The notes under the pieces were generated by a model that saw only the letters and a program-made list of their open reading frames with translations, was not told the origin of the DNA and did no database searches. From contig JABHSE010000002.1 of assembly GCA_018697035.1 (NCBI GenBank), forward strand, positions 155,160-219,159: a stretch of 64,000 nt of DNA. The letters are read 5' to 3'. Below, piece by piece: positions 7,834 through 16,685 of the stretch. This DNA is from an archaeon. Its GTDB lineage: Archaea; Nanobdellota; Nanobdellia; Pacearchaeales; GW2011-AR1. The position numbers and the translations under genes are program-made. Numbering within the stretch: the stretch's first letter is position 1; every line of letters starts with the position of its first letter.

Positions 7834-8947
7834 TCTTCATATCAACACTCTTCCGAACCAAAGCAACAACACAACTCCGATCATCCTCAGCCCCAACACT
7901 AAAATCCCCAAGCCTCTCTCCAAGTGCACGAGCAAACTCTTTAATCCCCTCATGCCAAACCTGATTATCATAACCCATCCTCTCCTTCGCATACCCAACA
8001 GCCTTATACCCCTTAACATGAACAAAATCCGGCTCAGCCCGCTTGATCAAAGAAACATACTCATCAATCATGTCGTCTTCCCCGACCCCCAACTCCCGAC
8101 CCCCAACTCCCGACTCTTTTACCATATTACTCATCTCCCCAAACTCACCCTCGCTACCCTCCTTAACAAGCGTCAACCGAACAACCCGCCTCACTTTCCC
8201 CTTTAGCTCTCTCATCACATCCAAACTTTCTCCAAACTTAACCCAAGCATCCCGAACAGAAGACCGATGCCATTTCAAAAACAATTCCTCATTAGGAGCA
8301 TTACAAGAAATAACAAGTTGAGTAGGCAATCCACTAACAAAATCCTGTTCCATTTTTTCATTGTCCGCGTTTGTCCGCGTAGTCCGCGGTTCATTTTTTC
8401 TCTCCACTCTCTCCAACCTTTTAATAGCCTCAGGATTCAACCCATTACTAACCAAAAAACTAACAGCTCCCCGTCGACGTATCTCCGCAAACATCTCCCC
8501 AAGCCGTGGATAAAGCGTAGACTCTCCACTAAGACTCATCGTAAAAAGGCTAGGCTCAATATCTTTTTCAAAACTCTCAGAATCAACATCCGCATTCCCC
8601 TTCATCCCCTGCAACATCTCACGCCGCTTAGCAACAATCCCATCCAATATCTCAACCGGATCATCCACGCTCGGCAACTCAGTCCCAAGATTCATCTCAA
8701 TCGGCCTCCAACAATGCAAACACTTATTCTCACACCACATCACCGACGGCGTCATCTGAACACACCCACTACTCTTGATCCCATAAAACTTCTCTTTCCA
8801 ACATCCCCTGTCTCCCTTTAAAGAATTCTTCGTCCATCGACAAATCTGCACAGCACTAGTCTCACCAACAAGACCATAGTTCATTTTTTCGAGCTTGTCT
8901 CGAACATTATTAGCTTCGCATTTACGTTTTGGATTATCCCTAGCCAT
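7820..8947 (-). CDS. taw1: tRNA 4-demethylwyosine synthase Taw1 (radical SAM), with two repeat-derived inserts
   Basis: SAVQICRWTKNSLKGDRGCWKEKFYGIKSSGCVQMTPSVMWCENKCLHCWRP matches the Taw1/TYW1 N-terminal cluster and radical SAM region. Inserts are ESGVGGRELGVGEDD and NEPRTTRTNADNEK. Confidence 0.8.
   Translation of the reverse strand: MARDNPKRKCEANNVRDKLEKMNYGLVGETSAVQICRWTKNSLKGDRGCWKEKFYGIKSSGCVQMTPSVMWCENKCLHCWRPIEMNLGTELPSVDDPVEILDGIVAKRREMLQGMKGNADVDSESFEKDIEPSLFTMSLSGESTLYPRLGEMFAEIRRRGAVSFLVSNGLNPEAIKRLERVERKNEPRTTRTNADNEKMEQDFVSGLPTQLVISCNAPNEELFLKWHRSSVRDAWVKFGESLDVMRELKGKVRRVVRLTLVKEGSEGEFGEMSNMVKESGVGGRELGVGEDDMIDEYVSLIKRAEPDFVHVKGYKAVGYAKERMGYDNQVWHEGIKEFARALGERLGDFSVGAEDDRSCVVALVRKSVDMKIKFF
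8082..8116. repeat. tandem 14-mer (two heptamers) array inside taw1
   Basis: (CCGACCCCCAACTC)x2 plus CCGACTC on the plus strand. In frame, it encodes SGVGGRELGVG. Confidence 0.85.
8347..8400. repeat. tandem decamer array flanked by direct repeats inside taw1
   Basis: TTGTCCGCGT x2 plus AGTCCGCGGT (8361-8390). Bracketed by GTTCCATTTTTTC (8347-8359) and GTTCATTTTTTC (8389-8400), 42 nt apart, so in frame. Confidence 0.8.
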
Positions 8948-9012
8948 AAAAACAAAACCCGATTCCCACTTATAAAATTAATTAATAAAAAATAAAATAA
9001 AAATTAAGAAGA

Positions 9013-9213
9013 TTACCTCTTCTTCTTTTTCTTAGCAACCTTTTTCTTGACCGCTTTTCTCTTAACTACTTTCTTCTTAGCAACCTTTTTCTTAGCCGGT
9101 TTCTTCTTAGCAGCTGCAGCAAGTTTCTTTTTTCTTTGTTCCATTGCAGTTACTTGTTTCTTAAGAGAACGAATCTTAATCACACACTGTTTTGGAGTTG
9201 TTGGTAAAGCCAT
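9013..9213 (-). CDS. small lysine-rich basic protein (possible nucleic-acid binding)
   Basis: 66 aa with C-terminal KKKPAKKKVAKKKVVKRKAVKKKVAKKKKKR. The tail is similar to the C-terminus of the 48822..49355 product. Confidence 0.5.
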   Translation of the reverse strand: MALPTTPKQCVIKIRSLKKQVTAMEQRKKKLAAAAKKKPAKKKVAKKKVVKRKAVKKKVAKKKKKR

Positions 9214-9282
9214 ATTTTATACACCTCATTTAGTTAGAGCAAAAGCTCAACATTAAGACGCCATCCCCCTTTAAATAACTTA

Positions 9283-10704
9283 TCAAATAACTCTCACGAA
9301 CCAAAAAAACATCATCAACGCAAACATAAATAATATCAAATAAGTCGCAACCTTATACGCATTCTTAGCTAACTTCTCCGAACCAAAGACGCTCAAAATA
9401 GCCAAGTAAAAAAACCGACCACCGTCGAGCATTCCAATCGGCATCATATTAAACAAAGCCACAAGCAAATTAATAATCATAATCCACCAAAGAAAATAAT
9501 AAATGAACCAAACAAAATCACCATTCCAAGTCGGTTTATAATAAGTAGATGACTCCTTGAACCCCATAAACTTCGCCAACAATCCCTGAATAACTCCTCG
9601 AGGATTAGCCTCATTGTGCCCAACACCCAAATAAGCCTTCGACGAATCCTCAGGGTGCTCACCCAACATAACATCATACTCCTCAATGCCATCAACACCA
9701 TTAACATTCTCAGTCACAAATCTAACAACATCCCCCGGATTCTTGTTCTCTAAAAACCATCTCAAATCATCAAGCCTCAAAATCTTCACATCATCAGCCT
9801 GAATAATCGCACCCTTCATCCCAGCCAAAACAGCAGGCGCCTCCACATAAGCAATTAAATATTCCGCACCAACAACATTAAGCTGCGAAGCAAGCCCATC
9901 ATCCAAATAATAATTCCCATCACTAGTCAACACTTTCTTTAAGCCATCAATATCTTCAAACCCACTCACATTATCCAACGGAATCGCAGCCACACCATAC
10001 GAATTAAAAACATATCCAGATGCCGCAAACGAACTAAAAAAGAAGCCAACATAAAGAAGATAAAATAACAACGCCATCAAAATATTAGCAAAAACACCAG
10101 CCCCCAAAACCGTCATCTGATTCAACTTACTCTTGCTTTTCAAACTCCTCTCACTCTGCTCAACAAACGCTCCAAGTATCGGTCCTAAAAAAATTAACCC
10201 AGTAGACTTAATCTTAATCTTAAACAGCCTCATAAAAACCCCATGACTAAACTCATGAGAAATAGCAACAATTGCCAAAGCAATCATAAAATAGGTTATA
10301 TAAAAAGTTGGAAAAAAAGACTTCATCCCAAACAACTGCGGAAAATACGGAATCAATGGAGCAATCGGAGGCGCCTTAATCACCTGCGTAATCTCAGGAT
10401 GAAGCAAATAAATAGAAGCAGTCTTCCCCAGCATCCAAACCATCGTTCCCATCAAAACAGCACCAACCCCAACAATCAACCATTTCATTTTCCTCATAAC
10501 TTCACCGAACTTATCAGCAAACCACGTAATAGCACTAACTCCAAATTGCGTTCTCCATAAAAACATCCAACCATCCCTACTCAATCCTTCTACAGATTTC
10601 CCCTTCTTCTTTAAAAAAATCGTCAACACAATTCCAAGCAATACCCAAAAACCAATGTCTGCAATCATAATCTTAGTCAGTTCAAGCCCCAAAATATTCA
10701 CCAT
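9283..10704 (-). CDS. site-2 protease family (M50) membrane metalloprotease
   Basis: HEFSHGVFMR (HExxH) sits in a TM helix, with a central soluble insert and a C-terminal NLLVALFNMMPIGMLDGG motif. First ATG is at 10704; the track start 10719 is TTG. Confidence 0.75.
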   Translation of the reverse strand: MVNILGLELTKIMIADIGFWVLLGIVLTIFLKKKGKSVEGLSRDGWMFLWRTQFGVSAITWFADKFGEVMRKMKWLIVGVGAVLMGTMVWMLGKTASIYLLHPEITQVIKAPPIAPLIPYFPQLFGMKSFFPTFYITYFMIALAIVAISHEFSHGVFMRLFKIKIKSTGLIFLGPILGAFVEQSERSLKSKSKLNQMTVLGAGVFANILMALLFYLLYVGFFFSSFAASGYVFNSYGVAAIPLDNVSGFEDIDGLKKVLTSDGNYYLDDGLASQLNVVGAEYLIAYVEAPAVLAGMKGAIIQADDVKILRLDDLRWFLENKNPGDVVRFVTENVNGVDGIEEYDVMLGEHPEDSSKAYLGVGHNEANPRGVIQGLLAKFMGFKESSTYYKPTWNGDFVWFIYYFLWWIMIINLLVALFNMMPIGMLDGGRFFYLAILSVFGSEKLAKNAYKVATYLILFMFALMMFFWFVRVI

Positions 10705-10738
10705 CGAAACAAAACACAAATTGACTTTAAAAAACTAC

Positions 10739-11287
10739 TTACCTTCTTCTATAAAATTCACAATCAAGTCCAGAATCTAACAACCTATCGTTGTCCCATG
10801 AAAATTGTCCAAAATTATGAGGAGAAGAATCATTTTGCCCAAACACCTTGATATATCTACCATCGACACTAGTACAAATTCCAGCTTTTATAATAGGAGA
10901 ATGCCCATAATCTTTTTCTTCAGGAATTTTGCGAACTACAACTAGACTACCTTTAAAGTCAGCCCGAATAATATAATTAATTTCCTCAAAATCTCTTTCT
11001 AATACTTTAGTAAATTCACAAGAAGGCGCAAATCCAGGACGTTTAATTCCATGAACTGCATATGTACTATCACCACTCTCACTATTGGGTAAACGCTCAC
11101 TATAATCCATTCCACAAACCCAAGCTACAGTTCCAAGAGAATTAGATTTAACATAAATATTATTTCCATTGTCTTTAATTTTTTTTATAACAACATCTCC
11201 CAAAGAAGGATTTTTCGCCAAAACTCTAATTCGAACCTTTTCCTTTAAAGAAAGACTTCCCCACGATTTACTACTCATGTAAATCAT
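10739..11287 (-). CDS. hypothetical protein
   Basis: 182 aa ORF. Low-GC, T-rich plus strand (atypical). No motif recognised. Confidence 0.45.
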   Translation of the reverse strand: MIYMSSKSWGSLSLKEKVRIRVLAKNPSLGDVVIKKIKDNGNNIYVKSNSLGTVAWVCGMDYSERLPNSESGDSTYAVHGIKRPGFAPSCEFTKVLERDFEEINYIIRADFKGSLVVVRKIPEEKDYGHSPIIKAGICTSVDGRYIKVFGQNDSSPHNFGQFSWDNDRLLDSGLDCEFYRRR

Positions 11288-11330
11288 AACAAATATAACT
11301 TTTTAATTTTTACTGTAAAACAATATATAC

Positions 11331-11495
11331 TTACTTCTTCCGAACTGGCCTAAACTCACGAGCCTTACACTTTCGACATCTAACCTTCCCACCAATTATC
11401 TTCAAAGGCTCAACCTTCATTTTATGCTTACAGACCTTACATACAAAAGCATTCTTGTACAATCGATTCTGCGCAGCAGGAATTTTAGTCGCCAT
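11331..11495 (-). CDS. rpl40e: 50S ribosomal protein L40e
   Basis: Below the ORF-track cut-off; hand-translated as MATKIPAAQNRLYKNAFVCKVCKHKMKVEPLKIIGGKVRCRKCKAREFRPVRKK (54 aa). It has the C-x2-C...C-x2-C zinc ribbon and basic tail of L40e. Confidence 0.75.
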   Translation of the reverse strand: MATKIPAAQNRLYKNAFVCKVCKHKMKVEPLKIIGGKVRCRKCKAREFRPVRKK

Positions 11496-11543
11496 AATCA
11501 AACATCAAAAATTCACTTTAAAAAACTTCCTACTCCTTAAATA

Positions 11544-11930
11544 TCAAAGAGCCCGTTTCAACAACATCTCGCCTTCAATATCCCAATATTCAATCTCAGC
11601 ACCCTCAACAATTCCATCAACTCCTTCCATGATCTCTAAATCCATATTTTCAAAACTCTCCGAATCCATAACACTAGCCATATTCCCAGCAACCGACAAA
11701 ACCTGCCCATTTCTCTTATCAATCATAGGAACTTCAACCTTATCATGCCCAGGAATAACACCAACCTTTTTCTTTCCAGTAAAAGCATTCATGGCTTCAT
11801 AACGAACCTTAGCGTGCCCATGTTTACCAGTCTTAGAAGTATCCGCTTTTCTAACCTGGTGCGCAACATCATCAAGCAATACATAACCACCTACACGCAT
11901 TTCCGTAGCACAAATAACTCTAGCAACCAT
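11544..11930 (-). CDS. eif5a: translation initiation factor 5A (aIF5A)
   Basis: Hypusine loop TSKTGKHGHAKV. First ATG is at 11930; the track start is TTG. Confidence 0.9.
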   Translation of the reverse strand: MVARVICATEMRVGGYVLLDDVAHQVRKADTSKTGKHGHAKVRYEAMNAFTGKKKVGVIPGHDKVEVPMIDKRNGQVLSVAGNMASVMDSESFENMDLEIMEGVDGIVEGAEIEYWDIEGEMLLKRAL

Positions 11931-12099
11931 TAGCAAAAATCTTTAGATTTTTGATAGGCAAGGACTTTGTCATTGCATAAAATAAAACCTATTTTCTCCG
12001 TATAAATTATCATATATCACTAAAATTTATTTCTTTTATAAAACTTTGCGTAAAATTTCCCAAGCTAAACCTTAAAAACCCAAAACCTCACAAACATTC

Positions 12100-12756
12100 A
12101 TGATAAACAAAAACGACTTCATAGAAATAGACTTCACAGGAAAGATAACAAGCACAAATGAAATCTTCGACACAACAAAAGAAGCCGACGCAAAATCCCA
12201 AGGCTTCAAAACCGAAGGCATCAAGCCCCAAATAATTTCCGTAGGTCACGAAATGCTCCCAAAAGGCTTCGATGCTGACATAGAAGGAAAAGAAGAAGGA
12301 AAAGAATACACTCTAGACCTAAAACCCGAAGAAGCATTCGGCAAAAGAAACAAAGACCTAATAAGGATGATACCAACAAAACATTTCCACGAACAAAAAA
12401 TCGCTCCAGAAAGAGGAATGAGTCTAAACCTGGATGGCCAAATAGTCAAAGTCCTATCGAGCGATAAAGGCCGAACTTTAGCCGACTTCAATAACCCACT
12501 AGCCGGCAAACCAATCACCTATATATATAAGATAAACAAAAAAATCACAAACCAAAAAGAGAAAATCATCGCACTTCAAGATTTCTTTTTCAGACAAATA
12601 TTCGATTATGAAGTGGAAGAGAAAACAATAATATTCAAAGTTCCAAAAGAAGCCGAGCAATTCATTAAAATGTTATCTCCAAAATTCGAAGAGATACTAG
12701 GTATGAAGGCAGATGCAAAAACAATCGAACCCAAAAAAGAAGCAGAGAAAAAATAA
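12100..12756 (+). CDS. FKBP-type peptidyl-prolyl isomerase (long archaeal type)
   Basis: FIEIDFTGKITSTNEIFDTT..., and LAGKPITYIYKI is typical of the FKBP/SlyD fold with an IF insert. Confidence 0.75.
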   Translation: MINKNDFIEIDFTGKITSTNEIFDTTKEADAKSQGFKTEGIKPQIISVGHEMLPKGFDADIEGKEEGKEYTLDLKPEEAFGKRNKDLIRMIPTKHFHEQKIAPERGMSLNLDGQIVKVLSSDKGRTLADFNNPLAGKPITYIYKINKKITNQKEKIIALQDFFFRQIFDYEVEEKTIIFKVPKEAEQFIKMLSPKFEEILGMKADAKTIEPKKEAEKK

Positions 12757-12809
12757 TTCTACCACTTTAAGCCACAAATTCTTAAAAACCCAAACAACCA
12801 ACCTAACTC

Positions 12810-13928
12810 ATGGAAGACATACTAAGCAATAGCATCCCAGAAGCAATACCAACCCAATCATTCTCAACCAATGCAAACGCAGAAATCGACCGAGAACTAG
12901 AACAAATTCTACAAAAACAATCCGCAAGAATCAAAGTAATCGGAATCGGAGGAGGAGGTGGAAACACAACGTCTAGAATGCGAGAAATCGGAATCAAGGG
13001 CGGAGAAATCATAGCAATAAACACAGATGCACAGGATTTACTCTACGCAAACGCAGATCAAAAAATCCTAATCGGACGCGAAATCTCAAAAGGTCTAGGT
13101 GCAGGATCAAACCCAAGAATCGGGCAAGAAGCCGCAAAAGAACAAGCCCAAGACATAAAGAAGAAACTAGCAAACTCCGATCTAGTCTTCGTAACCTGCG
13201 GACTTGGAGGCGGAACCGGAACAGGTGCGGCACCAGTCGTAGCAGAAATGGCAAAAAAACAAGGAGCCTTGGTAATAGGTGTGGTAACTCTACCCTTCAC
13301 AGTCGAGGGAGCAAAACGAATTGAAAACGCAATGGAAGGCTTAGAAAGAATGGAAGGAATCGTGGACACACTAATCGTAATCCCAAACGACAAGCTCCTA
13401 GACCTCGCACCAGACTTACCCTTGCCAACAGCCTTCAAAGTAGCCGACGAAATCCTAACAAACGCGGTAAAGGGAATCACGGAACTAGTGACATCTTCAG
13501 GATTAGTAAACTTAGACTTCGCAGACATCAAAGCAATCATGGCAAACGGCGGCGTCTCACTAATTGGAATGGGAGAATCCGACTCAAATAACAGAGCAGA
13601 CGAAGCAGTCGAGAAAGCACTAAACAACCCACTCCTCGACGTCGACATAAAAAATGCATCCGGCGCCCTAGTAAACGTAATCGGCGGAACAGACCTTTCC
13701 TTGGAAGAATACAAACTAGTAGTCCAAAAAATAGGAGAACAACTTTCCCCAGACGCAAAACTAATCTCAGGAGCCCAAATATCAAAAGATATGGAAAAAG
13801 CAATAAAAGTAATGGTCGTAATAACCGGCGTCAAATCTCCACAAATATCAGGCGAACGGCTTCCAGTAGAAGAAGCCAGGAGAAAAGATATGGAAGGCGA
13901 ATTAGGCATCAAGTTCTTTGAAGAATGA
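12810..13928 (+). CDS. ftsZ: cell division GTPase FtsZ
   Basis: GIGGGGGNT, the GLGAGSNP-type T4 loop, VTCGLGGGTGTGAAP, NLDFADIK. Confidence 0.95.
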   Translation: MEDILSNSIPEAIPTQSFSTNANAEIDRELEQILQKQSARIKVIGIGGGGGNTTSRMREIGIKGGEIIAINTDAQDLLYANADQKILIGREISKGLGAGSNPRIGQEAAKEQAQDIKKKLANSDLVFVTCGLGGGTGTGAAPVVAEMAKKQGALVIGVVTLPFTVEGAKRIENAMEGLERMEGIVDTLIVIPNDKLLDLAPDLPLPTAFKVADEILTNAVKGITELVTSSGLVNLDFADIKAIMANGGVSLIGMGESDSNNRADEAVEKALNNPLLDVDIKNASGALVNVIGGTDLSLEEYKLVVQKIGEQLSPDAKLISGAQISKDMEKAIKVMVVITGVKSPQISGERLPVEEARRKDMEGELGIKFFEE

Positions 13929-13968
13929 TCATGCGAAGTTTTTAAAAACCAACAACTTATCTAACTAC

Positions 13969-14151
13969 ATGGTAAAAAAACTAACAAGAAAAATCTCATC
14001 CCAATACCACAAGTATCTTCGAGTATGGCGACTCCTTAAAAAACCAACAATGGAAGAATTCAAAACAATCTCAAAAGTTTCCGCCATAGGACTTCTTGTA
14101 ATTGGAGCACTAGGTTTCCTAATATCAATCGCCATCAAGAGTGTATCATAA
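13969..14151 (+). CDS. secE: protein translocase subunit SecE (Sec61 gamma)
   Basis: 60 aa starting at an internal ATG. LLKKPTMEEFKTISKVSAIGLLVIGALGFLISIAI. Sits in the conserved position upstream of spt5. Confidence 0.8.
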   Translation: MVKKLTRKISSQYHKYLRVWRLLKKPTMEEFKTISKVSAIGLLVIGALGFLISIAIKSVS

Positions 14152-14249
14152 TCAGAATACCACATAATCACAAACCCAAATATTTAAAAAAGAAATTTTT
14201 CTACTAATTATATCTAGTTCTTAGAAATTTTTGAACTAGCTCAAGCAAA

Positions 14250-14903
14250 ATGGCAATTGGATATGACGACGAATTTGACTACCTCTCTGAAGAGGAAGAT
14301 GATAGTGTAGCTGAAAGTTTCGCACCAAAAATTAAAGGAGCAAGTGACTCGTCGTTAATGTCAGAAGAAACAGATGCAGAACCAACGCCAGAGCCAGAAA
14401 AAATTAAAGAAGAAATCAAAGTTGAAAAACCAAAAAGAGAATTCGAATCTCAGATATATATTGTAAAAGTAACAACAAATAAAGAAGACAAAGCACTTGA
14501 AATGATAGCCGACAAAGTAAATAAGAAAAAAATTGGCATTTATGCAATAGCACGACCTCATGGATTAAGAGGATATATTTTTCTAGAAGCTCCAGATCAC
14601 AAGCATGCAGAAGATGCGGTATTCAATCTCCCATATGTTAAAGGAATTATTGGAGAAACGGTAACATACGATAAGGTAAAACAAATGCTAGAACCAGTCA
14701 CGGCCGATATCAAAATAGAAAAGAATGACATAATAGAAATTATTTCTGAACCATTCAAGAATGAAAAGGCAAAGGTGGTCAGAGTAGACAAGCCAAAGAA
14801 CGAATGCGTGGTATCACTATTGGGAGCAGCAGTGCCAATCCCAGTTACAGTAAAGCTAGACAACATCAGGGTAATAAGAAGGGAGGAACTCGAAGAAGAG
14901 TAG
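14250..14903 (+). CDS. spt5: transcription elongation factor Spt5 (NusG) with N-terminal acidic extension
   Basis: NGN domain (IYIVKVTTNKEDKALEMI...GYIFLEA) plus KOW (IISEPFKNEKAKVVRVD). About 65 aa of D/E-rich leader. Confidence 0.85.
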   Translation: MAIGYDDEFDYLSEEEDDSVAESFAPKIKGASDSSLMSEETDAEPTPEPEKIKEEIKVEKPKREFESQIYIVKVTTNKEDKALEMIADKVNKKKIGIYAIARPHGLRGYIFLEAPDHKHAEDAVFNLPYVKGIIGETVTYDKVKQMLEPVTADIKIEKNDIIEIISEPFKNEKAKVVRVDKPKNECVVSLLGAAVPIPVTVKLDNIRVIRREELEEE

Positions 14904-14937
14904 TTAGTTTTAAAAACTACTTTTTCAAAAATCTAAA

Positions 14938-15585
14938 ATGGCAGTTATCAAATTAATGGTCGAAGGTGGAAACATGACACCAGGTCCAGCAGTTGCACAA
15001 CAGTTAGGACCAATGGGAGTTAATATGGGAAAAGTAATTTCCGATGTAAACGAGGCAACGCAAGAATTCAAAGGAGTAACTCTTCCAGTTCATCTAACAG
15101 TCAATGCAGATACAAAAGAAGTAACAATCAAAGTCTTATCTCCACCAACTTCCGAACTAATCAAAAAAGAACTAGGAATTGAAAAAGCTTCAGGCGCTAG
15201 ACTAAAACAACGAGTAGGGAACTTTGCAGTTGAGCAAGTAATCTCAGTGGCAAAAGCAAAGCACGATTCGATGTTATCAAATGATTTCATGGCAACAATA
15301 AAATCAGTAATAGGAACATGTCAAGCCCTAGGTGTACTAATCGAAAACAAGGAAACAAAAGAGATTATGCAAGATATCAATGAAGGGAAGTTCGCAGAAG
15401 AAATCAGCGCTAAAAAAACTGACGTAGATTCAGAAAAACGGAAGGCATTGGACGATTACTTTGCAACAATTGCAGAAAAGCAAGAAGCAGTTAAGAAGGA
15501 AGAGGACGCAGAAAAGGCAGCTGAAGAAGAAAAGAAAGCAGCTAATGCAGTTGCTCCAGAAGCAACACCAGAAGCAAAGAAATAG
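14938..15585 (+). CDS. rpl11: 50S ribosomal protein L11 with K/E/A-rich C-terminal extension
   Basis: KLMVEGGNMTPGPAVAQQLGPMGVNMGKV. At 215 aa it is visibly longer than the L11 core, with tail ...EEKKAANAVAPEATPEAKK. Confidence 0.9.
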   Translation: MAVIKLMVEGGNMTPGPAVAQQLGPMGVNMGKVISDVNEATQEFKGVTLPVHLTVNADTKEVTIKVLSPPTSELIKKELGIEKASGARLKQRVGNFAVEQVISVAKAKHDSMLSNDFMATIKSVIGTCQALGVLIENKETKEIMQDINEGKFAEEISAKKTDVDSEKRKALDDYFATIAEKQEAVKKEEDAEKAAEEEKKAANAVAPEATPEAKK

Positions 15586-15617
15586 ATTTATTAATAGATA
15601 AATCACCTCATATTTAT

Positions 15618-15690
15618 GGGGCCATGGTCTAGCCTGGTATGATTCGAGGTTTGGGACTTCGCGACCGCAGTTCAAATCTGCGTGGCCCCA
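15618..15690 (+). tRNA. tRNA-Pro (anticodon UGG)
   Basis: Acceptor GGGGCCA/TGGCCCC, anticodon stem CGAGG/CTTCG with loop TTTGGGA, T arm CGCAG-TTCAAAT-CTGCG, discriminator A. No CCA. Confidence 0.8.
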
Positions 15691-15818
15691 TTCAAAATCA
15701 AGAAAGAACGCGATTTGGACCTTGGTTCAAGTCTGTGGCGAACGATTCGCTTCGAGAAACGGAAAAGGTTAAGTACCGTTTCGAAATGCAAATTGTGAGA
15801 GAAGCCCCATATCAAAAT
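15685..15818 (+). other. structured 105-nt segment bracketed by a direct repeat of the tRNA-Pro 3' end
   Basis: GCCCCATTCAAAAT (15685-15698) versus GCCCCATATCAAAAT (15804-15818). Between them are hairpins GCGAA-CGA-TTCGC (15738-15750) and TTCGAGAAACGG...CCGTTTCGAA (15751-15785). This may instead be the L37Ae leader. Confidence 0.4.
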
Positions 15819-15836
15819 AAAAACAAAAAAACAAAA

Positions 15837-16067
15837 ATGGCAGTAAAGAAGAAAAAAATCGGAAGCGCAGGAAGATTTGGCGCAGGCTACGGTAAAGTAA
15901 AGCAAAAACTAATAGCTGTAGAGAGAAAGCAACGAATTAAGCAAGAGTGCCCATTTTGCAAAGGGCACGCAAAAAGGGTAAAACTATCAATTTGGCTTTG
16001 TAAGAAGTGTGATAAAGAATTCGCTTCCGGAGCGTATCATTTAAAAAACCAAAAAACTAAGAATTAA
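15837..16067 (+). CDS. rpl37ae: 50S ribosomal protein L37Ae (L43e)
   Basis: MAVKKKKIGSAGRFGAGYGKVKQK...CPFCKGHAKRVKLSIWLCKKCDKEFASGAY. The track start 15639 overlaps tRNA-Pro and is rejected. Confidence 0.9.
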   Translation: MAVKKKKIGSAGRFGAGYGKVKQKLIAVERKQRIKQECPFCKGHAKRVKLSIWLCKKCDKEFASGAYHLKNQKTKN

Positions 16068-16068
16068 A

Positions 16069-16206
16069 ATGGCAGGATATAAATGTTTTCAATGTGGAAA
16101 GAAACTAAAGTCAGAAGACTTAAAAAAACGATTCGTATGTCCGGAGTGCGGCTCAAGGATTTTCTACAAACCACGAACTAAAATGAAAACAATAACTACA
16201 GATTAA
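16069..16206 (+). CDS. rpoP: DNA-directed RNA polymerase subunit P (Rpo12)
   Basis: Hand-translated 45 aa: MAGYKCFQCGKKLKSEDLKKRFVCPECGSRIFYKPRTKMKTITTD. Zinc ribbon, in the conserved position between L37Ae and prefoldin beta. Confidence 0.8.
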   Translation: MAGYKCFQCGKKLKSEDLKKRFVCPECGSRIFYKPRTKMKTITTD

Positions 16207-16207
16207 A

Positions 16208-16591
16208 ATGGCAGAAGAATGTAAAGACCCAACACACAATCACGCAGATCCTCTAGCAAACCTAGATCAAGAGACACAACAACAAATCCAACAACTCCAA
16301 ATGATGGAGCAATCATTCCAACAATTATTAATGCAAAAAAACGCTTTTTCTATGGAATCAAATGAAACAGACCTCATAATCAAAGAAGTTGAAAAAACCG
16401 AAGGCGAAGTATCTAGAATAATTGGAAATCAAGTTGTAATTAAAGCAACAAAAGAAGAAATTCTCGAAGATATGAAAAATAAGAAAAAGCTTCTCGATAC
16501 AAGAATGAAAACTATCGACGAGCAAGAGCAAGAGTTCTCTAAAAAGATGGAAGATATTAGAGAAGAAGTAATGAAAAAGATTCAAGGATAG
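16208..16591 (+). CDS. pfdB: prefoldin beta subunit
   Basis: Coiled-coil QQIQQLQMMEQSFQQLLMQKNAFSMESNETDLIIKEV, plus the conserved L37Ae-RpoP-PfdB synteny. Confidence 0.8.
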   Translation: MAEECKDPTHNHADPLANLDQETQQQIQQLQMMEQSFQQLLMQKNAFSMESNETDLIIKEVEKTEGEVSRIIGNQVVIKATKEEILEDMKNKKKLLDTRMKTIDEQEQEFSKKMEDIREEVMKKIQG

Positions 16592-16685
16592 ATTCTGAGG
16601 ACACAATAAAATATTAACAAAACTACACTAGAGATACTACTCCGTCACATAAATATTTAAATACCAAACATCATCAAATTACATC

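Noticed and set aside
13058-13912. 284-aa minus-strand ORF opposite ftsZ
   Set aside because: FtsZ motifs are unambiguous on the plus strand. The minus ORF is S/P/A-rich shadow sequence.
15639-15836. N-terminal extension of the L37Ae ORF
   Set aside because: It starts inside tRNA-Pro and runs through a structured spacer. L37Ae homology begins at MAVKKKK (15837).
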